From the NCBI GenBank assembly GCA_000165345.1, contig CM000434.1, forward strand, positions 928,001 to 992,000: DNA of 64,000 nucleotides, in the 5' to 3' direction. This document shows, piece after piece, positions 9,901 to 20,165 of the stretch (position 1 is the first letter of the stretch; the number at the start of each line of letters is the position of its first letter). The notes beneath the pieces are model-generated. The model was not told where the DNA came from. It saw only the letters and a list, made by a program, of their open reading frames with translations, and searched no databases. The position numbers and the translations under genes were made by a program.

Positions 9901-12900
9901 ATGTCCAGTGAAAACGTAAAGACTGATAGTTTAAATCTAGGAAAGTCTATTCTATCACCGCAAAATCGTAATAGAACTTTATTATTGAAGAAAAATGTTC
10001 AAGATGAAGAAGCCGAGGGGAGTGGTGCAGAAGAAATTTCTCCAATTATTAAGGTAACTCCAGCAAAGTCTACAAGTAAGATGCAAACAACCCCAAAAAA
10101 AGGAGATAGTCCCGGGAAAAGTATGATTAAAGGTGAAACCCCAAAGTCTGGAATAAAAAAAGAACCTTCATTGGGAAAGAAGACAATTGTGGATATTACT
10201 AGCTCTGGGTTGCTTGGACTTTCAGGAAAGTTAAGAGAGAAGAAACAATCCGTTCCATTCAACTTGTTGAAAGGAACAACAAATTTAGAAGCTGGAAAGT
10301 CTGATGTAAACAAAAGTATCAAACCTCCAAACTCGCAAGGATCTGTATTACCTTTGACGAAAAATGCACAAAACTCTGCAAAAATTCTAAATATGGTGAA
10401 TAAGATTAATGCTACAAAGGATTTAAGTCCTAATATTGTAGATTTTGATCCATTAAAATCCAGGCTTGTAAAGACTAGTAAAAATAACATAAATAATAGG
10501 TCTCATTTGTTTGGTCACGAGCCAGCAACCTATACCACAAATCCTCTCATAATTGAGGATTTGATTGATGAGCTGGAGGAGAAAGCCAAGAACTATTTTA
10601 TTATGTTTTCAAAGGAGCGAAAAGAAAGAGAAAAATTGGAAAGGCAGTGTTATTGGATGCAGGAAGAAAATAAAACTTTACAAAATACTTTAAAGAATCA
10701 AATGACTACAATTCAAGGGCTTCAAAACAAAATTATTGACTTGAGAGGAAATCCAAATGTTATAACAGAAACTATTGAAAGAATAGATATGCTTTATACT
10801 CAATTAGATACTTTAATTCAAGCTTTCGCTGGTATATGTAGTTATATTACATTCAATGAGCCAACTGACAGACGTGAGATTATTGAGCTGGTTCTAGAGT
10901 ATCTACATCCATGTAGAGGACTTGATTTGAGACTCAATTCATTATATGGATCAATTTATTACTTTAAGCTTGGAATCATCAAAGATTTACCTCCTCCTAT
11001 ACAACCACCAGAGAAGATTCCAGGATATGATGTTTGGCAGCCACCTCCACCACAAAAAGTTGATCAGAAGGATTCTGATAATTCAAGGCTTCAACCACAT
11101 ATGCAACAAGGTAATTCTTTATCAAAAGTTGCTGATAATTATATGAATGATGGACCAAGAGAAGGGGCTGCAAAGGCTTCTATGTCTGATAAAACTAACA
11201 AAGATGAACAGTCAATTCCAAAGATTTCAACACCTGTTGCATCAACCAAGCAGTCAGTTGTACCAACAAGCTCAACACAATTGACTGGAGATATTAATGT
11301 ACCTTTATCAGGTTTTGAGATAAAGATTAAGTCAGTCCAAGGAATTGAACCAATTGGGGATGGTAAAGGTAAACTATCTTTTGTGGCTAGAATTGATAAC
11401 GAGTCCTCAACTCAGTGCAAGAATAATCCAAAGAGAAGGTCATCTGAATATGAATACAAAATTAGTCATGCTGACAATAAAGGGTCAATTGAAAAGGAGA
11501 TGATTCTAGAAATAGATACTTTACCTCCTAAATCTCCAGGATTAATACCTAGATTTACTATTGATATGTGGGATTCATCAATAACTTCCGGTCCAATTGG
11601 CCATGCTTCAAAGACATTTATTGATCCATACACATTACTTCCAGAACAGCCATGGGATGTAATGAAGGAAGATGGTGATAAGCCTTTAGCTACTTTGATA
11701 ATTACAGTGGCTCCAAAACCAGGAAACTCAATGCTTCCAGCTGGTCGCTTTATAGTTGCTAAGGAATCAAAGAATAAACAGGACCCAACAGCTAAGAAGG
11801 AGAGTAAGTTATCTAGACTAAGCTTCAGAGGAGATAAGGAGAGCAAAGGATTAGATAAGATTAACTCAATGCTTAGACCAGCATTGAATATTGGAAAGAG
11901 GACAAAGAGTACTGGTAATTTGGACGATAAGGATGAGAAGAATGAAAAACTGAAAGAAGGCAAGGACTTAACAAAGTCAGTTGTAAAACCATTATCTATT
12001 AAGGAATCAACTTCGGTTCCTCCACCAGCCCCACCAGCCCCACCAGCCCCACCAGCCCCACCAGCCCCACCGGCTCCTCCGTCTCCACCTACTCTAAGCA
12101 AATCGGAAGCTCAAGAGAGTCCAAGCGTATTAAAATCATCACAAATAACAGTCAAAGAACCATCCAAAGCATCAGAAGGTGATACTAACATATTGAAGAA
12201 ATCCATGATAAATCAGCAACCTCCAAAGGAAGATTTGAAGTCTTCTATTAAGGCTCCTCCAGTCCCAAAATCAGGCCCAGGCAATGAGAAGACTGAAGAG
12301 GAAAAATTAAAGAGCTCAGAGCCAATCATAAAAGAAAATGTAACAAAATCTAATTTGTTAGCTCCAAAGTCGGATTTAATAAAATCTGATTCACTAAAGA
12401 AATCAACAGAATTAGGAAAAAGTCAATTAGACTCAAAGTCTATGATTATTAAGAAGATGGGATCTGGGGCATTGGACTTAAGCAAAAAATCAATTTCAGC
12501 TCCAAAAACTGATGTAAAATCTTCAACATCAGAGAATACTGTATCTAAAGAAATCAGTGCTCCAACACCAATTAAGATTGTTCCAAAGATTATTCCAAAA
12601 CCTGCTATTACTAAGGAACAACCCACAAACAATGCTCCGAAAGCCGTACAGGTTAATAACTTAGCTCCAGGAAAAGTAAAACAAATTACTCCTCCTGCAA
12701 TTATTAAAAAGATTGACGTTAAACCAGCTGTTATTAAACCAAAGATAGCTACAGCAGCTCCTGTAATTAATATTAAGAAACCTGGAAGTCCTATCCAGAT
12801 TAAGCCCAAAGGAATCGAACTAGGAAAACCTGCAGTTACAATTACTCCCAAATTTGCTGCAAGCCCTCCAAAGCCTGCCTCTGGAGCAGCAGCAGGCGGG

Positions 12901-13014
12901 GCCGCACCAGCTCAGCCAAAAGAAGATTTGAAGATTCTAGTAACCAAAGGAGCAGCAAATATATCTCCAAAAATTGTACCCAAAGTTAAGATCACGCCAA
13001 AAGTAAAAATGTAA
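9901..13014 (+). CDS. Large Lys/Pro/Ser-rich low-complexity protein (1037 aa) with a (PPAPPA)n tract and a K/P/I/A-rich basic tail
   Basis: Long ORF. The central region is predicted coiled coil (KLERQCYWMQEENKTLQNTLKNQ...). PPAPPAPPAPPAPPAPPAPP lies at about 12022-12078. The C-terminal 200 aa are KxxPK-type repeats (PKIIPKPAITKEQ, IKPKIATAAPVINIKKPG), reminiscent of MAP-like basic repeats. No catalytic motif. Confidence 0.6.
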   Translation: MSSENVKTDSLNLGKSILSPQNRNRTLLLKKNVQDEEAEGSGAEEISPIIKVTPAKSTSKMQTTPKKGDSPGKSMIKGETPKSGIKKEPSLGKKTIVDITSSGLLGLSGKLREKKQSVPFNLLKGTTNLEAGKSDVNKSIKPPNSQGSVLPLTKNAQNSAKILNMVNKINATKDLSPNIVDFDPLKSRLVKTSKNNINNRSHLFGHEPATYTTNPLIIEDLIDELEEKAKNYFIMFSKERKEREKLERQCYWMQEENKTLQNTLKNQMTTIQGLQNKIIDLRGNPNVITETIERIDMLYTQLDTLIQAFAGICSYITFNEPTDRREIIELVLEYLHPCRGLDLRLNSLYGSIYYFKLGIIKDLPPPIQPPEKIPGYDVWQPPPPQKVDQKDSDNSRLQPHMQQGNSLSKVADNYMNDGPREGAAKASMSDKTNKDEQSIPKISTPVASTKQSVVPTSSTQLTGDINVPLSGFEIKIKSVQGIEPIGDGKGKLSFVARIDNESSTQCKNNPKRRSSEYEYKISHADNKGSIEKEMILEIDTLPPKSPGLIPRFTIDMWDSSITSGPIGHASKTFIDPYTLLPEQPWDVMKEDGDKPLATLIITVAPKPGNSMLPAGRFIVAKESKNKQDPTAKKESKLSRLSFRGDKESKGLDKINSMLRPALNIGKRTKSTGNLDDKDEKNEKLKEGKDLTKSVVKPLSIKESTSVPPPAPPAPPAPPAPPAPPAPPSPPTLSKSEAQESPSVLKSSQITVKEPSKASEGDTNILKKSMINQQPPKEDLKSSIKAPPVPKSGPGNEKTEEEKLKSSEPIIKENVTKSNLLAPKSDLIKSDSLKKSTELGKSQLDSKSMIIKKMGSGALDLSKKSISAPKTDVKSSTSENTVSKEISAPTPIKIVPKIIPKPAITKEQPTNNAPKAVQVNNLAPGKVKQITPPAIIKKIDVKPAVIKPKIATAAPVINIKKPGSPIQIKPKGIELGKPAVTITPKFAASPPKPASGAAAGGAAPAQPKEDLKILVTKGAANISPKIVPKVKITPKVKM
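12022..12078 (+). repeat. Tandem hexanucleotide-pair repeat (ccaccagcc)n encoding (PPA)n
   Basis: Seen directly: ccaccagccccaccagccccaccagccccaccagccccaccagccccaccggctcct. Confidence 0.9.
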
Positions 13015-13067
13015 ATAATTACTTGTTAGCTAAAATATTAAAGAACAAACATATAATATTCTGAAGT

Positions 13068-16000
13068 CTAAGGTATATAATTATAGAAATGTTCATTTTC
13101 TGAATCAATCTCTATCAAATCTCTTTGTATTAAAGAATTCAAAATCTTCAAGATCTCTCCGTTGATTATCTTATTGTTCTGATGAATGCTATCAACGTTA
13201 TCATCTTTATTTAAAGAAAACTCCTTCATTACTACTTGTATTAAATTAAGAAGTGATGACTTTTGTTTATGTTTTAAGAATTTCATTATTATGGCCTCTA
13301 TACGGTACTTATTATTTTTAAACAAAGAAATGTAGTTATTACTCTTTAAGCTATCATAATCAAAGCTATATTGCTCCTCTCTTCCATTACATCCTTTTTC
13401 GTTTCTACTCATATTCTCATCCAAATAATCCTTTTCTTTATAAATATAGTCCAAACAAAAGTCTGAACTAAAGTCTATTGTATTCAAACCTGAAGCATAG
13501 TTCATCAAATATTCCTTTGATTGATCAAACTCTCCAGATCCTACATAATTTTTTATTATTGTATCAAAATTTATATTATACTCAATCTTTACATTATCTT
13601 TATTTTCCTCATGTAATATTAGAAGTGGCGGTAACTCCAATTCTTTTTCTTCTGCCACTTCTACCATTTCTCCTTCCAATCCCACTCTAGCCACCAAAAG
13701 TCTAATTGGATCAAATAGCCTACCAATATTGTCTTTAAGAGCTAAATATTGTTCTCTTCTTAATTCCACAAATATTTTCTCTTCATTAAAACATAATAAT
13801 AATATTCCTTGCTGTAAAGTTAAAATCATCCTCAGACGTTGGCGCCCCAATGCATGCATGCAATAATCCATTATACAAGTACCCAAAAAATAAGACCAAG
13901 TCAAAGTTCTGGAGTAAATTTTAGTATAAAATTGTTGGTAAAGTTGCATTTCATTGTGGATATGTTGAATATCTATATTACCATTGTACTTGGAAAACAA
14001 TTCACACTCCAAAAAATTCAATGGTAAACAACTTTCTTCATTTATAATACCGGTGTTTTTGGTGCCATCTTCTCCATTTTTATAATTTCTCAATGGCCAG
14101 TTTGTTGAAGATAACACAATTAAAGAGAATGGAACTTCATATTTGATATTTTTAAGAACAATTTCCTTCTCAAGCTCCTCATTTTCTTGAGATTTTTGGA
14201 TTTCAGAAGGAACACCACTAGAAATTATAAAATCACCAACCTCGTCATTTTCAGCTAATCCTACATTATCCAAGGATGAACTCTCATACTTCATTTTAAG
14301 ATCTTCTGATTTAAGCCAAAAGTGGATCTCTTCGCAAATTGTTGTAGATAAATTTTTTGTAATTCTCTTTTTTCTGTGAGAAAAATTACCAAATTCGATT
14401 TTAAGATTCTCATCTTTTCTTAAACAAGAAGATTCTGAATTAGCATCTTCAACAATCTTAACGCTTGGCGCCATTTGGTGCCCAATAGACTCCAATAGAT
14501 AGAATTTAAAGATGGACTGACTGGCAAACCAGTCCTTAATTACAAAGTTTGATTTACTAATAAAAGTATAACCACATTCAGTGTAAAGTAACTTCATCAA
14601 ATAGATCTCATAAATATCAACCTTGTTCATTAACATCTCTATATTACTTCCCAAAGCTGATGATAAACTCCAGCCAAGGTAATACTTAAGGATTTCTCCT
14701 TGATTACTTCCAAAACCAATTCTGTTGTTTGTAAAATAGTATACTATTCTTTGAGATAATAGCTGATGATAGTAATTCTGGAAATAATCCTTATAGTTAC
14801 TGCATTTAAATAAATAAATAATGCTCTCAAAGTATTCTCTAGTCTTAATATCACTACTATTACTGGTTCCCTCTAGAGAATTCCCACTAGAGGAATTATT
14901 GACATTCCAACAAATTATGTCCAAATTAGCTCTAGAAAGTCTTTTTTGGGTACCACCAGATCTTAAATCTACATTTTCCCCTTTATGGAAGTTATAGCTT
15001 CTAACCAATATGTGGTGAATTAATATTGAAAATCCTCTCATTATCTCTTTGGCTAAGGTATCGTCACAATTCAAGATCTGTACCCAGGCCTCATTTATAC
15101 ACAAATTACGAATTTTCTCATCCTCAATAAAAGATCTCTTCCAGATCCTCTCAATCTTTAAATAAAACTCCAACAAACCTTTTATATTCTGCAAATAAGT
15201 CTCGAATATAGAGTTTGTCTTTCTGTGATCCTTCATTTCACTTGGATCTAAAAATCGATACTTGGGTAGTTGCTTAACTAAATCGAGACCTTGTTCAATT
15301 ATACACTTCTCTAGCTCTTTTCTAAATAGTTGTTCTTTGTTCTTTCTTTTGAATACATTGAAAAGGAATGTCAAGATCTCAAATTCTTCATTTGAAACAA
15401 GTAACGTAAGGCAGCTAAGTCCTTGATTACTTTTGGAGTAGTGATGAATGATATCATCAGAAATCAAAACGTCTAAAATGTTCAGCTCCACGTTAAAGAC
15501 AAATAAATCCCAGCTAGTTTCATAATCTTCGTTAAATTGATCAAAGCTGGATATATCTGTCGGAGAAGTGTCTCTAAATGCATTCAATGGGATCTTCTGA
15601 TCTTGGTTGATCAGAGATAAAAGAGAGGTATCAAGCTTTGAACTTGAGCTTCCAAAATTACTGGTATAAAGCAAATCTCTATTATTATAAGTAACTAAAA
15701 GACTTCTCTCCAATTCTAAAGCTTCTCTGACAAAGTTGACAAAATCCTTAAAGCCTAAAGACTTCTTTTCTTCAAATATCTTCAAGTAATACCTTCTCAG
15801 AATCTCCAAGTAAAGTTTCTTCAGGTCTTGGTTTATAATTTGTAGTTCAACAAACATCTCAAAGATCTTTTTGAGCATAAAAAAAGGCTTTTCATATTTT
15901 CCTCCAACTGCTTCCTTTAATCTCTCAGTAACAGAAATTTGACTAGAGTAACTGAAGTCTCTAATTTCATTTATAGATATAAAAACCGATAGTAATAATC

Positions 16001-16682
16001 CCACTAATGAAATGGGTACTGATCCTATCATATAGGAATGACTAGTTGCAGGATGTATAGAAAGAATGATGGACTTTAGGAAAGAGTTGGCATTTTGAAT
16101 AAAGCCAAGATACTCATTCTCCTTATTAGAAGCACTTATAGTTGCTCTATAACGCTTGTACATGCAGTCAAAAGTCAAATACACGTTGCATATGATTTGA
16201 GTGGATCTCTTATGATGACACCAAAACCTTGTGAACACATTCAAATAGTCACTTATTATTCCATTTTGGATCGACATCCTGAAGTCTTCCAGAGAGAACA
16301 GAGTATTATATATGAACTCAGAGAGCTCTAGACCTGTATTATCTTTTTGAATCCTATTCTGAATGGTTATAACCAATTCGTGTTGTTGGATCGTTTGGAT
16401 ATTACTAGTCCAAAGATCGAAATAATTCTTTTTAAAGGTATCATAAAGAAATTGGTATTGCCCACGGTTACAAAGATGAGTGATTAAACGACGAGTTCTT
16501 TCTAAATTGACTCTCTTAGAATCACAATCTCTACTGAGCTTCATTCTCTTAAAGGTATTGATTTTGCAAGATAAAGTTTCGTCATCATGATTGATTTCAT
16601 ATAGTTTCGCTAAAAAGAATTCTATTTCATTTTCAAATTCCTCCACCCCCCTCTGTATAATGCCTGGATTTTCCAAATGCAT
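13068..16682 (-). CDS. Cullin-family protein (cullin-homology region with C-terminal winged-helix / neddylation-type domain); could be a divergent cullin or an APC2-like subunit
   Basis: The C-terminus YRIEAIIMKFLKHKQKSSLLNLIQVVMKEFS...ILKILNSLIQRDLIEIDSENEHFYNYIP matches the cullin C-terminal signature RIDAAIVRIMKMRK...LIDRDYMERD...YxYVA. The long upstream region is alpha-helical. Single uninterrupted 1204-aa ORF. Confidence 0.75.
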   Translation of the reverse strand: MHLENPGIIQRGVEEFENEIEFFLAKLYEINHDDETLSCKINTFKRMKLSRDCDSKRVNLERTRRLITHLCNRGQYQFLYDTFKKNYFDLWTSNIQTIQQHELVITIQNRIQKDNTGLELSEFIYNTLFSLEDFRMSIQNGIISDYLNVFTRFWCHHKRSTQIICNVYLTFDCMYKRYRATISASNKENEYLGFIQNANSFLKSIILSIHPATSHSYMIGSVPISLVGLLLSVFISINEIRDFSYSSQISVTERLKEAVGGKYEKPFFMLKKIFEMFVELQIINQDLKKLYLEILRRYYLKIFEEKKSLGFKDFVNFVREALELERSLLVTYNNRDLLYTSNFGSSSSKLDTSLLSLINQDQKIPLNAFRDTSPTDISSFDQFNEDYETSWDLFVFNVELNILDVLISDDIIHHYSKSNQGLSCLTLLVSNEEFEILTFLFNVFKRKNKEQLFRKELEKCIIEQGLDLVKQLPKYRFLDPSEMKDHRKTNSIFETYLQNIKGLLEFYLKIERIWKRSFIEDEKIRNLCINEAWVQILNCDDTLAKEIMRGFSILIHHILVRSYNFHKGENVDLRSGGTQKRLSRANLDIICWNVNNSSSGNSLEGTSNSSDIKTREYFESIIYLFKCSNYKDYFQNYYHQLLSQRIVYYFTNNRIGFGSNQGEILKYYLGWSLSSALGSNIEMLMNKVDIYEIYLMKLLYTECGYTFISKSNFVIKDWFASQSIFKFYLLESIGHQMAPSVKIVEDANSESSCLRKDENLKIEFGNFSHRKKRITKNLSTTICEEIHFWLKSEDLKMKYESSSLDNVGLAENDEVGDFIISSGVPSEIQKSQENEELEKEIVLKNIKYEVPFSLIVLSSTNWPLRNYKNGEDGTKNTGIINEESCLPLNFLECELFSKYNGNIDIQHIHNEMQLYQQFYTKIYSRTLTWSYFLGTCIMDYCMHALGRQRLRMILTLQQGILLLCFNEEKIFVELRREQYLALKDNIGRLFDPIRLLVARVGLEGEMVEVAEEKELELPPLLILHEENKDNVKIEYNINFDTIIKNYVGSGEFDQSKEYLMNYASGLNTIDFSSDFCLDYIYKEKDYLDENMSRNEKGCNGREEQYSFDYDSLKSNNYISLFKNNKYRIEAIIMKFLKHKQKSSLLNLIQVVMKEFSLNKDDNVDSIHQNNKIINGEILKILNSLIQRDLIEIDSENEHFYNYIP

Positions 16683-16874
16683 TGAATTTCAGTAATATGG
16701 CCAATTTTGAAAGAAAAAACCTCAAAAAATCCCAGTACAGATCGATTCCCTTGAACAGCTTGAATTTTAGAAGTTATAAAGCATATCCATCCTTATTAAG
16801 CTACTGAGGTTTCCAGTTTTTACAGAAATGCAGTTTTCTGTCAAGAAATGAAAATTCTGATAAAATTTTTTGAA

Positions 16875-16912
16875 CACGTGTAATTAAAAAAATGACAATG
16901 TCAGGCGCCAAA
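16875..16912. promoter_or_regulatory. Divergent promoter region (cullin gene on minus / 17227 gene on plus) with CACGTG and a GGCGCCAAA E2F-like box
   Basis: cacgtg at 16875-16880 and ggcgccaaa at 16904-16912, inside the 545-bp interval between two divergently oriented start codons. Confidence 0.5.
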
Positions 16913-17226
16913 GTTTCCCCACATAATAAAAAAAAAGCAATGCAGAAACAAAAAAAAAAGGAAAAAAAGGAAAGGATTACGAATATTAATAATAAAAGTG
17001 AAGGAGAAGATATTAAAATGCGGACGGGGTAGTTTTTAGATAGGAAGGCAAGGAATCTAGTAGTTTCTATTAGCTTTAATACATTGAAGAAGAGTGATAA
17101 CCAAGATTCCCGGATAGATAGTAAGAAATCTCAGAGAAGGAATAAAGTAGAATTGAAAATTAGCCAAGAAAAAAGAACTGAATACTGAAATAGGTACATT
17201 TAAGAGAAGGATAAAAAGAATTCTTT

Positions 17227-19635
17227 GTGAAGATGGAGCAACTGGAGGTAGTAATAAAGAATAATACTCGACTAACTTTTTTCAGGTATATACAAATACT
17301 TGATAAAGGAGAATGGATTTACCATCCAGTAGAAAGGATTAGCTCAGGAATGATGACGTCATTTGTGTGTTCAAGTGCAACCTATCAAAGTATTTTTGGG
17401 TGCAACGTTGTATATTCTGTTATAGTGAACGGGTTGGAGTATTTCTTTATTTATAAGTATGAATCCCGTATAATAGGAGATTGTGAGGCTAATGCTTGGA
17501 CTGGGGTTATTGAAGGAGATGACAAGTTTGTAGGATTTACAAGCAAGGCTGATGGAAACAGGAGTGAGATCTTTTACTTGGATAATACGAACGGATTGCA
17601 GCGATCTTGTAAGAGGTTAATGACTCATATTAATATTAGAGAGACTGAATTTGGTAACAAGTTATTGGATAGACTAGACTCAAAGGATTATAGAGAAAAG
17701 CATTCCAATCAATATAACTTTGATTTGAATAAGAGGTTGAATTCGAATTATTACGAGTGGGTAAAGAGACTAAGAACATTTCCTCGGTCTCTTTACATTA
17801 GAATTGTGAACTTGACAGATTTTGATTTAACTTTACAGCTCCCTGCAGCAAGTAAGAGCGATAGCGAAAAGTTCAAGAATAGGAGTTTGGGAAATTCGAC
17901 CATTTCATCAGCAGTTACTCCCAGCATGCATATAGAAAGTCATAATGAAAATTTGATAACAAGAGGCCCATATTCTCCCTATTCTATGGAGAACTTAGTT
18001 TCGGGAGGACAGTGGATAGAATTTCCTCCAGAAAAGATTTATGCAAATAGCATAGTAGAGTTTGGTGCGAGCTGTGAATCTCTTTTTTCGGCAGATTTCA
18101 AGGCAAGTATTGTTTATAGAGTTTCTGGATATGCTGGTAAGGTTTTGTTTGGATGGGATTTCCCTGCTGGATTTACCCCAAGTCTCTCGTGTAAAGGTTT
18201 TCATGATCTTCATAATTTATCAATATCATCCCACTATGAGAATTTTAACGACGGGAATATATTATTTCATATAATAGATGAATCAAAACCTCCAAAGATA
18301 CGTTTAATGTCAGTTAAGGCCATTTTCTCAGAGAATTTTTTGAGTATAATTTCTGAAAACAGCACTGGCGAGGAAAAGCTGAACTTGAATGAGAATATTT
18401 TGGACCAAATTTTTGGCAAGAATGATACTTTGACAGGGAAAAGTGGTTTGAATCTGGAAAGGAACTCCACAGTACAGAATGATGAAAAAAATATTGGTTC
18501 AAAAATATACAATAACCATGATTCTGATTTATACAATGTTATTGGAAAAGATGAGGAGTTTACGGACGGGGACTTGACCAGAGATATTTTGCCTTACTTT
18601 ATTGAATACGTTAAACCAGAAAGAGTAATAAATTGCAAAGAAGGAAACATATTTCTTTATAATAGGATAGCTTTAGATAGTCCAAGAGTATTGTTTTCTT
18701 CTCTTCTTGCAAGCAGCAACATAAATATGCATCAAAAGTATTGTGGGAACATAGATTCAATTTCTCTTTTTATTGAATGGTCAATTGGATGTGAAATATT
18801 TAGGAAAATTTGGGGTCCAGATGAGAAACCAATTCTGGCATCAAGTAGTGCTGGAGGAATGAATGATTGGAATTCAATATTGAATTCCATATATTCTCGA
18901 ATTTGCAGAAGAAACAGGTCAAAAGATAGAATTTACTTTTATGATGATGATGATGATGATAGACGAGAATCGATAGGAAAGAGCACTTATTCAAGAAAAT
19001 TGTCCAGCTGTCAGATGAACTGCTTCTTTCTGGAAGATGAGGCCGAAGTGAATGAAGAAGACCAATCTAATTTTGAAATTGCTTTAACTGTTCAGCAACT
19101 ACTCGCTCAGATACTTGCACCATATTTGGTTAAATATTTGAAATCTTCAACTATATCCAAAGGTGGAATGTCCTCAAATATTTCAAACTCCTCAAGATTT
19201 TCGAATGCTTCCACAGTTCTTCAAGGTCTTGTTGATAATGACCATATATGGAAATATTCAAAGATTAGAAATATCAAAGGAGTTAATAACTTTGAAGAGA
19301 GAGATAAGCAAGGTATTCTTGATTTTCAAGGAACCATAAGCTTTTTAATTTTACACTGGGATGACTTATTCTTTGAACTCTTTGAAAAAAAGTTAAGCAA
19401 GCTATCTTCATATTTCAAACACCAATTCAATTCAGATACTCTTTTGTGCATTATTCAGAGAGTAAGTTTGCTTTGGGAAAATAAGGATTTTGAGTTTTTT
19501 GAAGATTCCAATTTTCTTCTAGAATTTATAGATGCTGCAGCAGTCATTTGCAGAATTATTGAGAATGATGAAAACAGCCACGCATTGAACTGCTTGATTA
19601 AACTCCGTAATTCAATTAAAGTAAAGACTCCTTGA
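17227..19635 (+). CDS. Hypothetical protein (802 aa), no recognised domain; contains an acidic poly-Asp run
   Basis: Long uninterrupted ORF with a coding-like composition rather than pure low complexity (e.g. SGYAGKVLFGWDFPAGFTPSLSCKGFHDLHNL) and a DDDDDD stretch near residue 575. No motif I can assign. Confidence 0.6.
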   Translation: MKMEQLEVVIKNNTRLTFFRYIQILDKGEWIYHPVERISSGMMTSFVCSSATYQSIFGCNVVYSVIVNGLEYFFIYKYESRIIGDCEANAWTGVIEGDDKFVGFTSKADGNRSEIFYLDNTNGLQRSCKRLMTHINIRETEFGNKLLDRLDSKDYREKHSNQYNFDLNKRLNSNYYEWVKRLRTFPRSLYIRIVNLTDFDLTLQLPAASKSDSEKFKNRSLGNSTISSAVTPSMHIESHNENLITRGPYSPYSMENLVSGGQWIEFPPEKIYANSIVEFGASCESLFSADFKASIVYRVSGYAGKVLFGWDFPAGFTPSLSCKGFHDLHNLSISSHYENFNDGNILFHIIDESKPPKIRLMSVKAIFSENFLSIISENSTGEEKLNLNENILDQIFGKNDTLTGKSGLNLERNSTVQNDEKNIGSKIYNNHDSDLYNVIGKDEEFTDGDLTRDILPYFIEYVKPERVINCKEGNIFLYNRIALDSPRVLFSSLLASSNINMHQKYCGNIDSISLFIEWSIGCEIFRKIWGPDEKPILASSSAGGMNDWNSILNSIYSRICRRNRSKDRIYFYDDDDDDRRESIGKSTYSRKLSSCQMNCFFLEDEAEVNEEDQSNFEIALTVQQLLAQILAPYLVKYLKSSTISKGGMSSNISNSSRFSNASTVLQGLVDNDHIWKYSKIRNIKGVNNFEERDKQGILDFQGTISFLILHWDDLFFELFEKKLSKLSSYFKHQFNSDTLLCIIQRVSLLWENKDFEFFEDSNFLLEFIDAAAVICRIIENDENSHALNCLIKLRNSIKVKTP

Positions 19636-20165
19636 TGAATTGTTAAATTACAATTCTATTCTTACATACTTTACCTCCAACAAACCTTTCCTTATAATTT
19701 AAATATATATTCTCTATCATTAGTTGTTATTTTATAATTTGTTTCTATATATTATTGTCCACATAATTATTTAAATTACGTGTTATATTCCTATACCGGT
19801 TATACCATCCACATGCACTTGCAAAAATTTGCATTGAAAGGAAAGTGCATGTGCATGTAGGCAGAGTTTGAAAGTTAAAAAAAAAAAAAATGAGTAAAAT
19901 TTAGGAATTAGTAATGAATATAAATAAAGAAAGGTTAATGACATTAAATTTAATTAAAATGAAGTTGTCAGATAGAATAATAAATCAAATTAATTTTACT
20001 TTGGATTAATGGTACTTATTCTTTGCTTTTTGTTTTTGAGGAACTTGAATCTCCTAATAGAAATCAGAACAAACAGTTATAGAAGGATCAATAATGCAAA
20101 TGTTAAAGATGAAAAAATAATAGAGAATATATTTAATCCATTTAAAATTATATTCTCTAATTAAT

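Noticed and set aside
9999-12851. Antisense ORFs inside the 9901 gene (9999..10490, 10946..11146, 11466..12101 with GGAGGAGG, 12423..12851)
   Set aside because: Reverse-complement or alternate-frame artefacts of low-complexity and repeat-coding sequence (e.g. the poly-GGA arises from the complement of the PPA repeat). The sense ORF is 1037 aa and continuous.
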